Shown here: piece by piece, positions 28,538 to 36,673 of the stretch
How positions within the stretch are numbered: the first letter of the stretch is position 1
How the letters are laid out: each line of letters begins with the position of its first letter
Source of the DNA: Candidatus Pyrohabitans jungbluthii
GTDB lineage: Archaea; Hydrothermarchaeota; Hydrothermarchaeia; Hydrothermarchaeales; BMS3B
Assembly (NCBI GenBank): GCA_002010065.2
Contig: MTMD02000002.1
Location: forward strand, 96,001 to 160,000
Length of the DNA: 64,000 nucleotides
Direction of reading: 5' to 3'
Notes under the pieces: model-generated
The model's database searches: none
What the model was told of the DNA's origin: nothing
The model's input: only the letters and a program-made list of their open reading frames with translations
Position numbers and translations under genes: made by a program

Positions 28538-29815
28538 GTGATGGAGATGAGCAAGCTAATCGACTTCGTGATAACCTCAATAAAGGTTTCCCTGACAGGA
28601 AGCAAGAAGTACTACGCATGGCTGGCGAGTCTGCTCATAATGGTGCTCTTCGGAGCGTTTTCATATTACTACCAGCTCAAATACGGATTGATAATCACCG
28701 ACATCCGCGACCAAGTGAGCTGGGGTAGCTACATCGCCAACTTCACATTCCTCGTTGGCGTAGCAGCGGCGGCAGTGATGATCGTCTTGCCTGCGTACAT
28801 CTACAACTACAAGGAATTCAAACATATCACCATATTCGGCGAACTCCTCGCTGTTGGAGCTTTGACAATGTGTCTGAGCTTCGTGCTTATTGACCTCGGT
28901 AGGATTGACAGGATGCTCCACATCCTGCCCTTCACAGGTACGCCAAACTGGCCTCAGTCCATGCTCACCTGGGACGTGATTGTGCTCAATGGCTACCTGT
29001 TCCTGAACCTGCTAATCCCGGGCTACCTGCTGTACAAAGCCTACGTTCGCGAGCCTCCACGAAAGTGGATTAAGATATTCATCCTCATCTCCATACCCTG
29101 GGCGATAAGCATCCACACAGTTACGGCGTTTCTCTACGGTGGCTTAGCCGCGAGACCCTTCTGGAACACCGCCGTGATGGCTCCGCGATTCCTTGCAAGC
29201 GCGTTTACAGCAGGACCCGCACTGATGATAATTATCCTCCAGATAGTCAGGCGCTACACATGCATTGGCAAGCCCGGGTGTAAGCTCGTTGTGACGGACA
29301 GAGCGCTCTTCACCCTGGCGCACATCGCTTTAATATCCATGCTGGTCAACCTGTTCTTCCTTGGCTCTGAGATTTACACCGTGGGCTACGCCGCAACCTC
29401 ACACCTTGCGCCGCTGAAGTACCTCTTCTTCGGCCTGGAGCACAACGGCGTACACTATGGCAAACTTCAGCCATACATGTGGGCAGCGATTACAATGGAG
29501 ATAATCGCCGCGATCTTGCTGCTCTTCCCGAAGACCCGCAAGAACTTCACAACGCTCAACATAGCCTGCATCTTCGCCTTCCTCGGCATATGGACAGAGA
29601 AGGGTATGGGCCTCATAATACCAGGCTTTATACCCACGCCCATCGGCGAGATATGGGAGTACTATCCCACACTTATGGAGATAATGATAACCCTCGCCGT
29701 GTGGGCTCTTGGTTTTCTGGTGTACACCCTTCTCCTCAAGGTTGCTATAGCGATAGAAGCCGAGGAAGTGGTGCACCCCAGCGCTAAAGACAAAGAGATG
29801 CCTGAGGCGCACTGA
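28538..29815 (+). CDS. NrfD/DsrP/QrcD-family membrane subunit
   Basis: VSWGSYIANFTFLVGVAAA, DLGRIDR, SIHTVTAFL, RPFWNTA, about 10 TM. Confidence 0.9.
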   Translation: MMEMSKLIDFVITSIKVSLTGSKKYYAWLASLLIMVLFGAFSYYYQLKYGLIITDIRDQVSWGSYIANFTFLVGVAAAAVMIVLPAYIYNYKEFKHITIFGELLAVGALTMCLSFVLIDLGRIDRMLHILPFTGTPNWPQSMLTWDVIVLNGYLFLNLLIPGYLLYKAYVREPPRKWIKIFILISIPWAISIHTVTAFLYGGLAARPFWNTAVMAPRFLASAFTAGPALMIIILQIVRRYTCIGKPGCKLVVTDRALFTLAHIALISMLVNLFFLGSEIYTVGYAATSHLAPLKYLFFGLEHNGVHYGKLQPYMWAAITMEIIAAILLLFPKTRKNFTTLNIACIFAFLGIWTEKGMGLIIPGFIPTPIGEIWEYYPTLMEIMITLAVWALGFLVYTLLLKVAIAIEAEEVVHPSAKDKEMPEAH

Positions 29816-29850
29816 GTAGGGGCGCCGCACCCGCCCCTATTACCCCATCC
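29816..29850 (-). repeat. 35-bp palindromic intergenic repeat, copy 2 (between convergent genes; may act as terminator)
   Basis: Reverse complement GGATGGGGTAATAGGGGCGGGTGCGGCGCCCCTAC matches 22840-22874 at 29/35. Confidence 0.7.
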
Positions 29851-29861
29851 TCACTCACCAA

Positions 29862-30209
29862 CTACCATTTAGAGATTGCTTCTTCCACAGCGTTGACCCA
29901 CTGTTTAACGGCGTTGCGCAAAATCTTCTTTGCCTCTTCCTTGGGCACTGCCTCGTAAAGGTATGCTCTTCCCCTCTCCCGTGTAACCACGCGGCGATAG
30001 GCTAAGCCATAGCCAACCAGATTCTGAAGGGCACGCTGCACTAAGCTGCGGCTTTTGCCTATACGCTCGCTGAGTTCAACTGGCGTACCGGGAGCCTTAA
30101 GCAGCTCAAAGTAAAGCTCAGCCTCCAGGGGGCGAAGCCCGAGCAGACACTGCATTACAAAGTCAACACTGGGCTCGCCCGAGCATATCAAGCTTCTCGC
30201 CTCAAACAT
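29862..30209 (-). CDS. TrmB-family HTH transcription regulator
   Basis: CLLGLRPLEAELYFELL...ELSERIGKSRSLVQRALQNLVGYGLAYR...GRAYLYEA. Confidence 0.85.
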   Translation of the reverse strand: MFEARSLICSGEPSVDFVMQCLLGLRPLEAELYFELLKAPGTPVELSERIGKSRSLVQRALQNLVGYGLAYRRVVTRERGRAYLYEAVPKEEAKKILRNAVKQWVNAVEEAISKW

Positions 30210-30233
30210 CGCCAGACCTCTGTTCCCTATATT

Positions 30234-30254
30234 ATGTTCAAATTTGTTGAACAT
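30234..30254. promoter_or_regulatory. Perfect inverted repeat, candidate operator
   Basis: ATGTTCAA-ATTTG-TTGAACAT between the regulator and divergent thioredoxin genes. Confidence 0.55.
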
Positions 30255-30324
30255 GTTACAATATATTTAAACTCTTGAAAATAATTCCGTGATGAAAGGA
30301 TATATAACTATCGCAGGTGATTGA

Positions 30325-30708
30325 ATGAAGAAGCTTCTAGCGATAAGCCTTGTGCTGCTCATCCTCGCAAGCGGATGCACCAGCAAAGGCGGAGGAGGCA
30401 ATGCCGAGGAGGAGCTTGCAGCGGCGCTGCACTCGGGCAAGCCCACGCTGGTGATGTTTTATGCCACCTGGTGCAATCCGTGCAAGCTGGAAAAGCCGAT
30501 CATAGGCGAGATTCAGCTGGAGTATGGTAGCAGGGTGAACGTTGTTTACGTGGATGTGGACAGGTATCCTAGGCTTGTTTCCCACTACGGCATTCGCGGT
30601 ACGCCCACAATGATGTTCTTCGACTCTAAGGGTAGGCCCGTAAAAACCTTTGTGGGCTACACCCCAAAACCCCAGCTGGTAGCAACCTTAGAAGCGCTGA
30701 TGAGGTGA
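30325..30708 (+). CDS. Thioredoxin-family lipoprotein
   Basis: Lipobox LASGC; FYATWCNPCK; GTPT. Confidence 0.88.
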   Translation: MKKLLAISLVLLILASGCTSKGGGGNAEEELAAALHSGKPTLVMFYATWCNPCKLEKPIIGEIQLEYGSRVNVVYVDVDRYPRLVSHYGIRGTPTMMFFDSKGRPVKTFVGYTPKPQLVATLEALMR

Positions 30709-31115
30709 TGGCAATGGATGAGATAGAGGCGATAAAGAGGAAGAAGCTTGAGAAAATGCTCCTCCGCGCATCTCAGCCTAAGGTGGAGTACCCCTCCTCC
30801 CCAGTGTATGTGAACGAGGCAACCCTCGCTGAGACTGTGCAGAAGTATCCCTTAGTGCTCGTGGACTTTTACGCCGACTGGTGCCAGCCGTGCAAAATGC
30901 TCGCGCCCATAATCGACGAACTCGCCGCTGAGCTTAAAGGCAAGGTGGTGTTTGCAAAGATAAACGTGGACCAGAATCCCAGGGCGGCGATGCAGTACCA
31001 GGCGATGAGCATACCAACGCTTGTGCTCTTCAAGAACGGCAAACCCGTGGATCGTATGGTCGGAGCCATGCCAAAGCAGATGCTCCTAGCAAGACTAAAG
31101 CGCTTCCTGGGGTAA
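30708..31115 (+). CDS. trxA: Thioredoxin
   Basis: VDFYADWCQPCKMLAP, SIPTLVLFKNG. Confidence 0.9.
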   Translation: MAMDEIEAIKRKKLEKMLLRASQPKVEYPSSPVYVNEATLAETVQKYPLVLVDFYADWCQPCKMLAPIIDELAAELKGKVVFAKINVDQNPRAAMQYQAMSIPTLVLFKNGKPVDRMVGAMPKQMLLARLKRFLG

Positions 31116-31547
31116 CCTCCTCTTTAGCATGTAAATCCCACCGGCAAGAGGAAAAGCCAGAGTGCACAGCAGGTAAACCTGCCCCGGGGTAAGGATATAG
31201 AGGAGGGGATTGCTCTCAAAGGGGAACAATGGCGTCATATCTTCATAGAGTAGGGAATCCAGAAGCACGTGAGACCAGGTTCCCAAGAGGGCGCCTAGGT
31301 AAAGGCTTGGGAGGTGCTCCCTTCTAAGCAGGTGCATTGTCAGTGCTAAGGCAGCGGCGATCAGCGCAGCTACCGCATACGTGTGGCTCAGCCCGTGAAG
31401 CGCAAAGGGCATGCCCAGAAAGAGCACCACAAAGGGTTGCACATCCAGCACGACGCTTCCTATAAGCAGAGACCCTGCGCTCACCCTCCCCCTGAAAAGC
31501 ACTGCCATGAGTAGCGCAGGCCCAAGGTGGAAGGGTGTAATGGGCAT
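31095..31547 (-). CDS. Membrane metal-dependent hydrolase (DUF4184/YdjM-like)
   Basis: MPITPFHLGP, LHGLSHT, SHVLLDSL, PLFPF. Confidence 0.75.
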   Translation of the reverse strand: MPITPFHLGPALLMAVLFRGRVSAGSLLIGSVVLDVQPFVVLFLGMPFALHGLSHTYAVAALIAAALALTMHLLRREHLPSLYLGALLGTWSHVLLDSLLYEDMTPLFPFESNPLLYILTPGQVYLLCTLAFPLAGGIYMLKRRLPQEAL

Positions 31548-31578
31548 GATTAATATACCACCCAGCCCAACTTAAACC

Positions 31579-32442
31579 ATGCGCTTTTTGCCTTTCTACA
31601 AGGTGAGTGCCTTCTCCAAGAAGCCCTACGCCGGTAACCCCGCGGCAGTGGTGCTGAACGCTGAAGCGCTTGGCGATGATACCATGCTCACTATAGCGCG
31701 CGATGCGAATGTGACAGAGACCTGCTTCCTCTCTACCTCGGAGAAGGCTGACTTTAAGGCGAGGTACTTCACGCCAACGCAGGAGGTTGACCTCTGCGGG
31801 CACGCCACAATCGCAAGCATTCACGTGCTGGTAGAGCAGGGGATAATTAAACCCGAAGATAAGGTGCAGTTAACCCTTGAAACCCTTGCGGGCGTGCTTG
31901 AGGTGGAGGTGGAGAGACGCAGTGATGGCTTTCTGGTATGGCTCACCCAAGCAGAGCCAAGGTTTACTCCTGCGTCCATAGAAAAAAGTGAGGCTGCGTC
32001 GCTGCTGGGAATAAGCGAGCGAAGTCTTGGAGACTTGCCAATAGAGGTAGTTTCCACTGGCTTACCGGCGCTGCTTGTGCATCTCTCGCGGAGAGAGGAG
32101 CTTCTAAGGCTGAAGCCAGATTTTCCGGGCATCGCCCAGGCGTGCGCTCGGGCTAAGGCGGCTGGCATCTATGCCTTCGCCCTCTCAGGCAATGAAGCTG
32201 AAGCGAGGTTCTTTGCGCCCCTCTGTGGCATAGATGAGGACCCGGTCACTGGCACCGCCGCAGGTGCGCTGCTCGCATATCTATTGCGCTATCGCGCGTT
32301 CAAAGGCAGGAGGCTTATAATATCCCAGGGTAAAGTCCTGAGAAGGGAGGGGGAGATTTATGCAGAGCCTTGCGAGGATGGAAGGGTGAGAGTTGGTGGC
32401 TACGCAACCACCTTCCTGCGGGGAGAAATCCTTGTGCCATGA
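31579..32442 (+). CDS. PhzF-family isomerase/epimerase
   Basis: AGNPAAVV, ETCF, EVDLCGHATIA, EDPVTGTA. Confidence 0.92.
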   Translation: MRFLPFYKVSAFSKKPYAGNPAAVVLNAEALGDDTMLTIARDANVTETCFLSTSEKADFKARYFTPTQEVDLCGHATIASIHVLVEQGIIKPEDKVQLTLETLAGVLEVEVERRSDGFLVWLTQAEPRFTPASIEKSEAASLLGISERSLGDLPIEVVSTGLPALLVHLSRREELLRLKPDFPGIAQACARAKAAGIYAFALSGNEAEARFFAPLCGIDEDPVTGTAAGALLAYLLRYRAFKGRRLIISQGKVLRREGEIYAEPCEDGRVRVGGYATTFLRGEILVP

Positions 32443-32495
32443 TGTTCAAATTTTGTCATCGTCGTCACCCTGTGCACATTCTGCTGGTGGCGATA

Positions 32496-33512
32496 ATGAA
32501 GGAGTTTATTTCAAAGGTTGTTGAAGGCAAGGATTTAAGCGAAGAAGAAGCTACGCAAGCGATGAAGCTCATAATGAGCGGCAAGGCGACGCCTGCTCAG
32601 ATCGCAAGCTTTCTTACCGCCCTTCGCATGAAGGGTGAGACGATCACCGAAATCTCTGCCTTCGCTCGTGTTATGCGCGAGTTTGCAGCGCAGATTAACC
32701 CTCGTGTTGACGGCAGACTTGTGGACACCTGTGGCACCGGTGGAGATAAGGTGAAAACCTTCAACATCTCAACCATAGCCGCCTTCGTTGTCGCTGGCGC
32801 AGGCGTGCCCATAGCCAAGCACGGCAATCGCAGCGTCACCTCGAAGGCGGGGAGTGCAGATCTGCTCGAGGCGCTGGGGGTGAACCTAAACCTCTCACCA
32901 AAGCAGGTAGAGAGCATTATAGAAAACATAGGCATAGGCTTTATGTTCGCTCCCACCTTTCACGGGGCCATGAAGTATGCGATAGGCCCGAGGAAGGAGA
33001 TAGGCATCCGCACGGTGTTCAATGTGCTTGGTCCGCTTACAAACCCCGCCAACGCCCAGGCGCAGGTCCTGGGGGTTTTCGACTCCGCGCTGGTGGAGCC
33101 TCTCGCGCAGGTTCTTGGTCGCCTTGGGGTGGAGCATGCGCTGGTGGTGCACGGCTTAGAAGGCCTGGACGAGATTTCCATCTGCGGAGAAACCTTAGTG
33201 GCGGAGCTCAAAAATGGAAGCGTGGAGACCTACACGCTTTCTCCAGAGGACTTCGGAATAAGGCGCGCCCGCGCCGAGGAGCTCGCTGGCAGAGACGCTC
33301 AGGGGAATGCAGAAATCGCTAAGGCGCTGCTAAAAGATCGCGAAGAGGGAGCGAGGCGCGATATAGTGGTGCTCAATGCGGCGGCGGGTATCTACGTTGG
33401 GGGTAAGGCGAAAAGCATCGACTCAGCTATAGACCAAGCGGAGAAGAGCATAGACTCCGGCGGAGCCTATGAGAAGCTCTTAGCTCTTGTGGAGGCGAGC
33501 AGGCAAAGCTAG
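32496..33512 (+). CDS. trpD: Anthranilate phosphoribosyltransferase
   Basis: DTCGTGGD, FNIST, KHGNRSVTSKAGSADLLEALG, RTVFNVLGPLTNP, GLDEIS. Confidence 0.96.
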   Translation: MKEFISKVVEGKDLSEEEATQAMKLIMSGKATPAQIASFLTALRMKGETITEISAFARVMREFAAQINPRVDGRLVDTCGTGGDKVKTFNISTIAAFVVAGAGVPIAKHGNRSVTSKAGSADLLEALGVNLNLSPKQVESIIENIGIGFMFAPTFHGAMKYAIGPRKEIGIRTVFNVLGPLTNPANAQAQVLGVFDSALVEPLAQVLGRLGVEHALVVHGLEGLDEISICGETLVAELKNGSVETYTLSPEDFGIRRARAEELAGRDAQGNAEIAKALLKDREEGARRDIVVLNAAAGIYVGGKAKSIDSAIDQAEKSIDSGGAYEKLLALVEASRQS

Positions 33513-33573
33513 TTTCAAACTTTTCTGACGAGAAGCTACCGCCTTCTTCTGCCGCTGGGCAGGGCTGAAAGGA

Positions 33574-34215
33574 ATGGTTAAGGTAAAGATATGTGGGAAC
33601 ACAAGCATCGCTGACATTGAGTTGGTCTCTGAGCTAGGTGCAGACTTCGCAGGTTTTATAGTTGAGGTGCCCGTGGATACGCCGCGGAAGATTACCCTAG
33701 CTGAGGCTGAGAAGATAATGGAGGAGATGCCCTTTACCACCGCTGGCGTTATGGTTATAATGCCTCAGAGCGTGGAAGAAGCTTTGAACATGTACATGGC
33801 GGTTCGCCCCGACTTCCTTCAACTGCATGGCAACGAGTCTCCAAAGTTCGTGCGGGAGCTTCGCGGCTTGGTGTCGTGCAACATAATCAAAACCATCCAC
33901 GTCAAGGGCGAGGAAAGCATCTCCGAAGCTAAGCGCTACGTCAACTACGTGGATGCGATACTCCTGGACACCCCCTCTCCGCAGCAGGGAGGCTCAGGCA
34001 GGACCCACGACTGGGAGGTCTCGCGAAAAATAGTGGAGAGCATACCCAAGCCCGTGATACTTGCGGGAGGGCTTACCCCTGAGAACGTTGCCGAGGCTAT
34101 TGAGATAGTCAAGCCATACGCAGTGGACGTTTCCAGCGGCGTCGAAGCTGAGCCTGGAAAGAAGGACCCGGAGAAGGTCAGGCGCTTCATTGCCCAGGCA
34201 AAGGGATTGGAATGA
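33574..34215 (+). CDS. trpF: Phosphoribosylanthranilate isomerase
   Basis: VKICG, LQLHGNE, LLDT...GGSGRTHDW, LAGGLTPENV, VDVSSGVE. Confidence 0.95.
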   Translation: MVKVKICGNTSIADIELVSELGADFAGFIVEVPVDTPRKITLAEAEKIMEEMPFTTAGVMVIMPQSVEEALNMYMAVRPDFLQLHGNESPKFVRELRGLVSCNIIKTIHVKGEESISEAKRYVNYVDAILLDTPSPQQGGSGRTHDWEVSRKIVESIPKPVILAGGLTPENVAEAIEIVKPYAVDVSSGVEAEPGKKDPEKVRRFIAQAKGLE

Positions 34216-34775
34216 CAAAGCTCAAGGTGACTGTCTCCTCCAAGGAGGAGGCGAGACATGCTGTGCCTTTTGCCAGCGCCATAGGGGTTAGCGTAGATGT
34301 TAACAGCAGGGAGAGCATCCTTGCGGCAAGGGAGATATTCGCAAGTCTTCCTATCTTCCTATACACCGTGGCTGAGATTGAGCCGAGATTTGCTGCTCAA
34401 GCAATGCGCGTTTATGAGCTCGCTGCCCCTCACGCACTCGAAATTAGAGGAAGCGAAAAGCCTGAGTACCTCAAAAAACTACGCTCAAAGCTGGGGTGCC
34501 ATGTGATAAAGTCTCTCGAGGGTGGCGACGCAGAGAAGGTCGCGAAGTATGCGGAAGCCTGCGATGCCATCGCCATTAAGCTTGCTAAGCCTGAGGTGGA
34601 ACTTGGGCTCAGGTTGAAGGGCTTGACTCCCAAGCCCGTGATTTTCTCCTTTTACGAGGTTAATGAGAGCGTAGAGGATTTTCTGGCTGAGGTCAAGCCC
34701 TTTGCAATAAGCCTGAGCTTTAAGCAGCTTGCAGGGCAAAGGATTAATAGCCTCCTCGCCAAATTATCTCCATGA
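34212..34775 (+). CDS. Degenerate TrpF-like TIM-barrel paralogue
   Basis: Aligns by eye with the adjacent TrpF (PHALEIRGSEKPEYLKKLR, CHVIKSL, DAIAI, PKPVIF, VKPFAISL) but lacks its catalytic motifs. Confidence 0.6.
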   Translation: MTKLKVTVSSKEEARHAVPFASAIGVSVDVNSRESILAAREIFASLPIFLYTVAEIEPRFAAQAMRVYELAAPHALEIRGSEKPEYLKKLRSKLGCHVIKSLEGGDAEKVAKYAEACDAIAIKLAKPEVELGLRLKGLTPKPVIFSFYEVNESVEDFLAEVKPFAISLSFKQLAGQRINSLLAKLSP

Positions 34776-36142
34776 GGGAACTGTTTTCCTTCCTCTCTGA
34801 GGAGCGCGTTCTCGTTGATAAGGAAGACCTGCTCCTATACTCCTACGACGCAACGCCTTCACGAAGGTATCCCATCGCCGTGGTTAGGCCGGTAAGCACA
34901 GAAGAGGTTGTGGAAATCGTAAAGGTGGCTTCACGAAAGCGAATACCTCTCGTCGCTCGCGGTGCCGGCACGAGCCTGAGCGGTGCCCCACTTCCCTGCG
35001 AGGGCTGCATTGTGGTGGACTTCTCGCTGATGGATGAGATTATTGAAGTGGATGAGGTCAACGCCTTTGTTGCTGTGCAACCCGGCGTGGTGTATGAGGC
35101 GCTTAACCGTGAGCTGGCGAAGCACGGGCTCTTTTTTCCACCTGACCCTGGAAGCGGAAGCGTTTGCACCATCGCGGGCATGGTGGCAATGAACAGCTCA
35201 GGCATACGCGCCGTGAAGTATGGCACCACTCGCGACTACGTTGCCTCGCTTGAGGTTGTGCTCGGCACAGGCAGAGTTGTTAAGCTTGGCGGGAGGTACA
35301 AGAAGAGTTCATCCGGCTACGACCTCAAAAGCCTCTTCGTTGGGAGTGAGGGGACGCTGGGGCTCTTTACAGAGATAGGGCTCCGCGTGATACCTAGGCC
35401 AAACCACCACGCGGCTATGATTGCGCACTTCGACGACTTCACAGAAGCTGGGAAGGCTATAACCCAAGCTATGGCAAAGCGCCTTGACGTGGCTGTGCTG
35501 GAGGTTATGGACTCCCTGGTTGTGGAAGCCGTGGAAAGCTTCTCAGGCATAAACCTGGGCTCAGCCGAGGCTCTCGTCTTAGCTGAGGTTGAGGGCTTTG
35601 ACGCTAACGTTAAGGAGGAGATTCGCAGGATTGCGCAGGTTTTCACCCGGAGAGGGGCGAAGGTGGAGCTTGCCTTCGACGAGGCAGAGATCGCTCGCCT
35701 GTGGCGTGCTCGAAAGGCTGCACTTCCAGCGTTGGCGCGCCTCGCAAGCACACTGCTGCTCGAAGATATCACTGTGCCCGTCTCGGCGCTGCCCGAGATG
35801 ATGCGTAGAATTCGCGGCATTGGCCAGAGGCATAACATTAGAATCGCCACCTTTGGTCACGCTGGAGACGGCAACCTGCACCCAACTTTTCTCGTAGAGA
35901 ACGAGGAGGAGATGCGCAGGGTGAGCGCTGCGATAGAGGAACTGTTCAGGGAGTGCCTCTCTCTCGGGGGCACCCTCTCGGGAGAGCACGGCATTGGCAC
36001 CGAGAAGCGCCGGTATTTCGAGCTTGAGCACGGCTACGCAACGCAGGTAATGCGCGAGATAAAGCGCGCCCTTGACCCAAAGAACATCCTCAACCCAGGA
36101 AAGATTTTTTATGGAAGGCAAGCTTATTTTAAGCTGAGATGA
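34772..36142 (+). CDS. FAD-linked oxidase, GlcD/D-lactate dehydrogenase family
   Basis: RGAGTSLSG, FPPDPGS, GSEGTLG, GHAGDGNLHP, SGEHGIG, LDPKNILNPGK. Confidence 0.9.
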   Translation: MRELFSFLSEERVLVDKEDLLLYSYDATPSRRYPIAVVRPVSTEEVVEIVKVASRKRIPLVARGAGTSLSGAPLPCEGCIVVDFSLMDEIIEVDEVNAFVAVQPGVVYEALNRELAKHGLFFPPDPGSGSVCTIAGMVAMNSSGIRAVKYGTTRDYVASLEVVLGTGRVVKLGGRYKKSSSGYDLKSLFVGSEGTLGLFTEIGLRVIPRPNHHAAMIAHFDDFTEAGKAITQAMAKRLDVAVLEVMDSLVVEAVESFSGINLGSAEALVLAEVEGFDANVKEEIRRIAQVFTRRGAKVELAFDEAEIARLWRARKAALPALARLASTLLLEDITVPVSALPEMMRRIRGIGQRHNIRIATFGHAGDGNLHPTFLVENEEEMRRVSAAIEELFRECLSLGGTLSGEHGIGTEKRRYFELEHGYATQVMREIKRALDPKNILNPGKIFYGRQAYFKLR

Positions 36143-36672
36143 AAAAGAGGCTTCTATTGCATGTGTGCTGCGCTCCAGACGCTACTGTGCCCTACCAGCG
36201 ACTCAAAGATGAGTACGAGGTAATCGCCTTCTTCTACAACCCCAACATCCACGGAGAGGAGGAGTATCAGAAGCGCCTGCACGAGGTGGAGAGGCTTGCG
36301 AAGCTCTGGGACTTCCCTCTAATAGTTGGGGAGTACAACGTGGAGCAGTGGTTCAGCGCAGTTCGAGGCCTTGAGGATGAGCCAGAAGGGGGCAAGCGCT
36401 GCGAGGTGTGCTACTCGCTGCGCTTGGAGGAGACGGCAAAGCTTGCGAAGGAGCTTGGATGCGAGGCTTTTGCAACAGTGCTCACCATAAGCCCCCACAA
36501 GAAGGCGGAGAAAATAAACGCCATAGGTAAAGAAGCAGGCGAAAGACACGGCATCGCTTACCTTGAGTCTGACTTCAAGAAGAAGGATGGGTTTAAAGAG
36601 AGTGTCAGGATAAGCAGAGAGCTTAATCTCTACCGGCAGAACTACTGCGGCTGCAGGTTTTCTATGAGGTAG
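36139..36672 (+). CDS. queH: Epoxyqueuosine reductase QueH (DUF208)
   Basis: LLLHVCCAPD, FYNPNIH...EY, EGGKRCEVCYSLRLEETA, LTISPHK, LYRQNYCGCRFS. Confidence 0.92.
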   Translation: MKKRLLLHVCCAPDATVPYQRLKDEYEVIAFFYNPNIHGEEEYQKRLHEVERLAKLWDFPLIVGEYNVEQWFSAVRGLEDEPEGGKRCEVCYSLRLEETAKLAKELGCEAFATVLTISPHKKAEKINAIGKEAGERHGIAYLESDFKKKDGFKESVRISRELNLYRQNYCGCRFSMR

Positions 36673-36673
36673 C

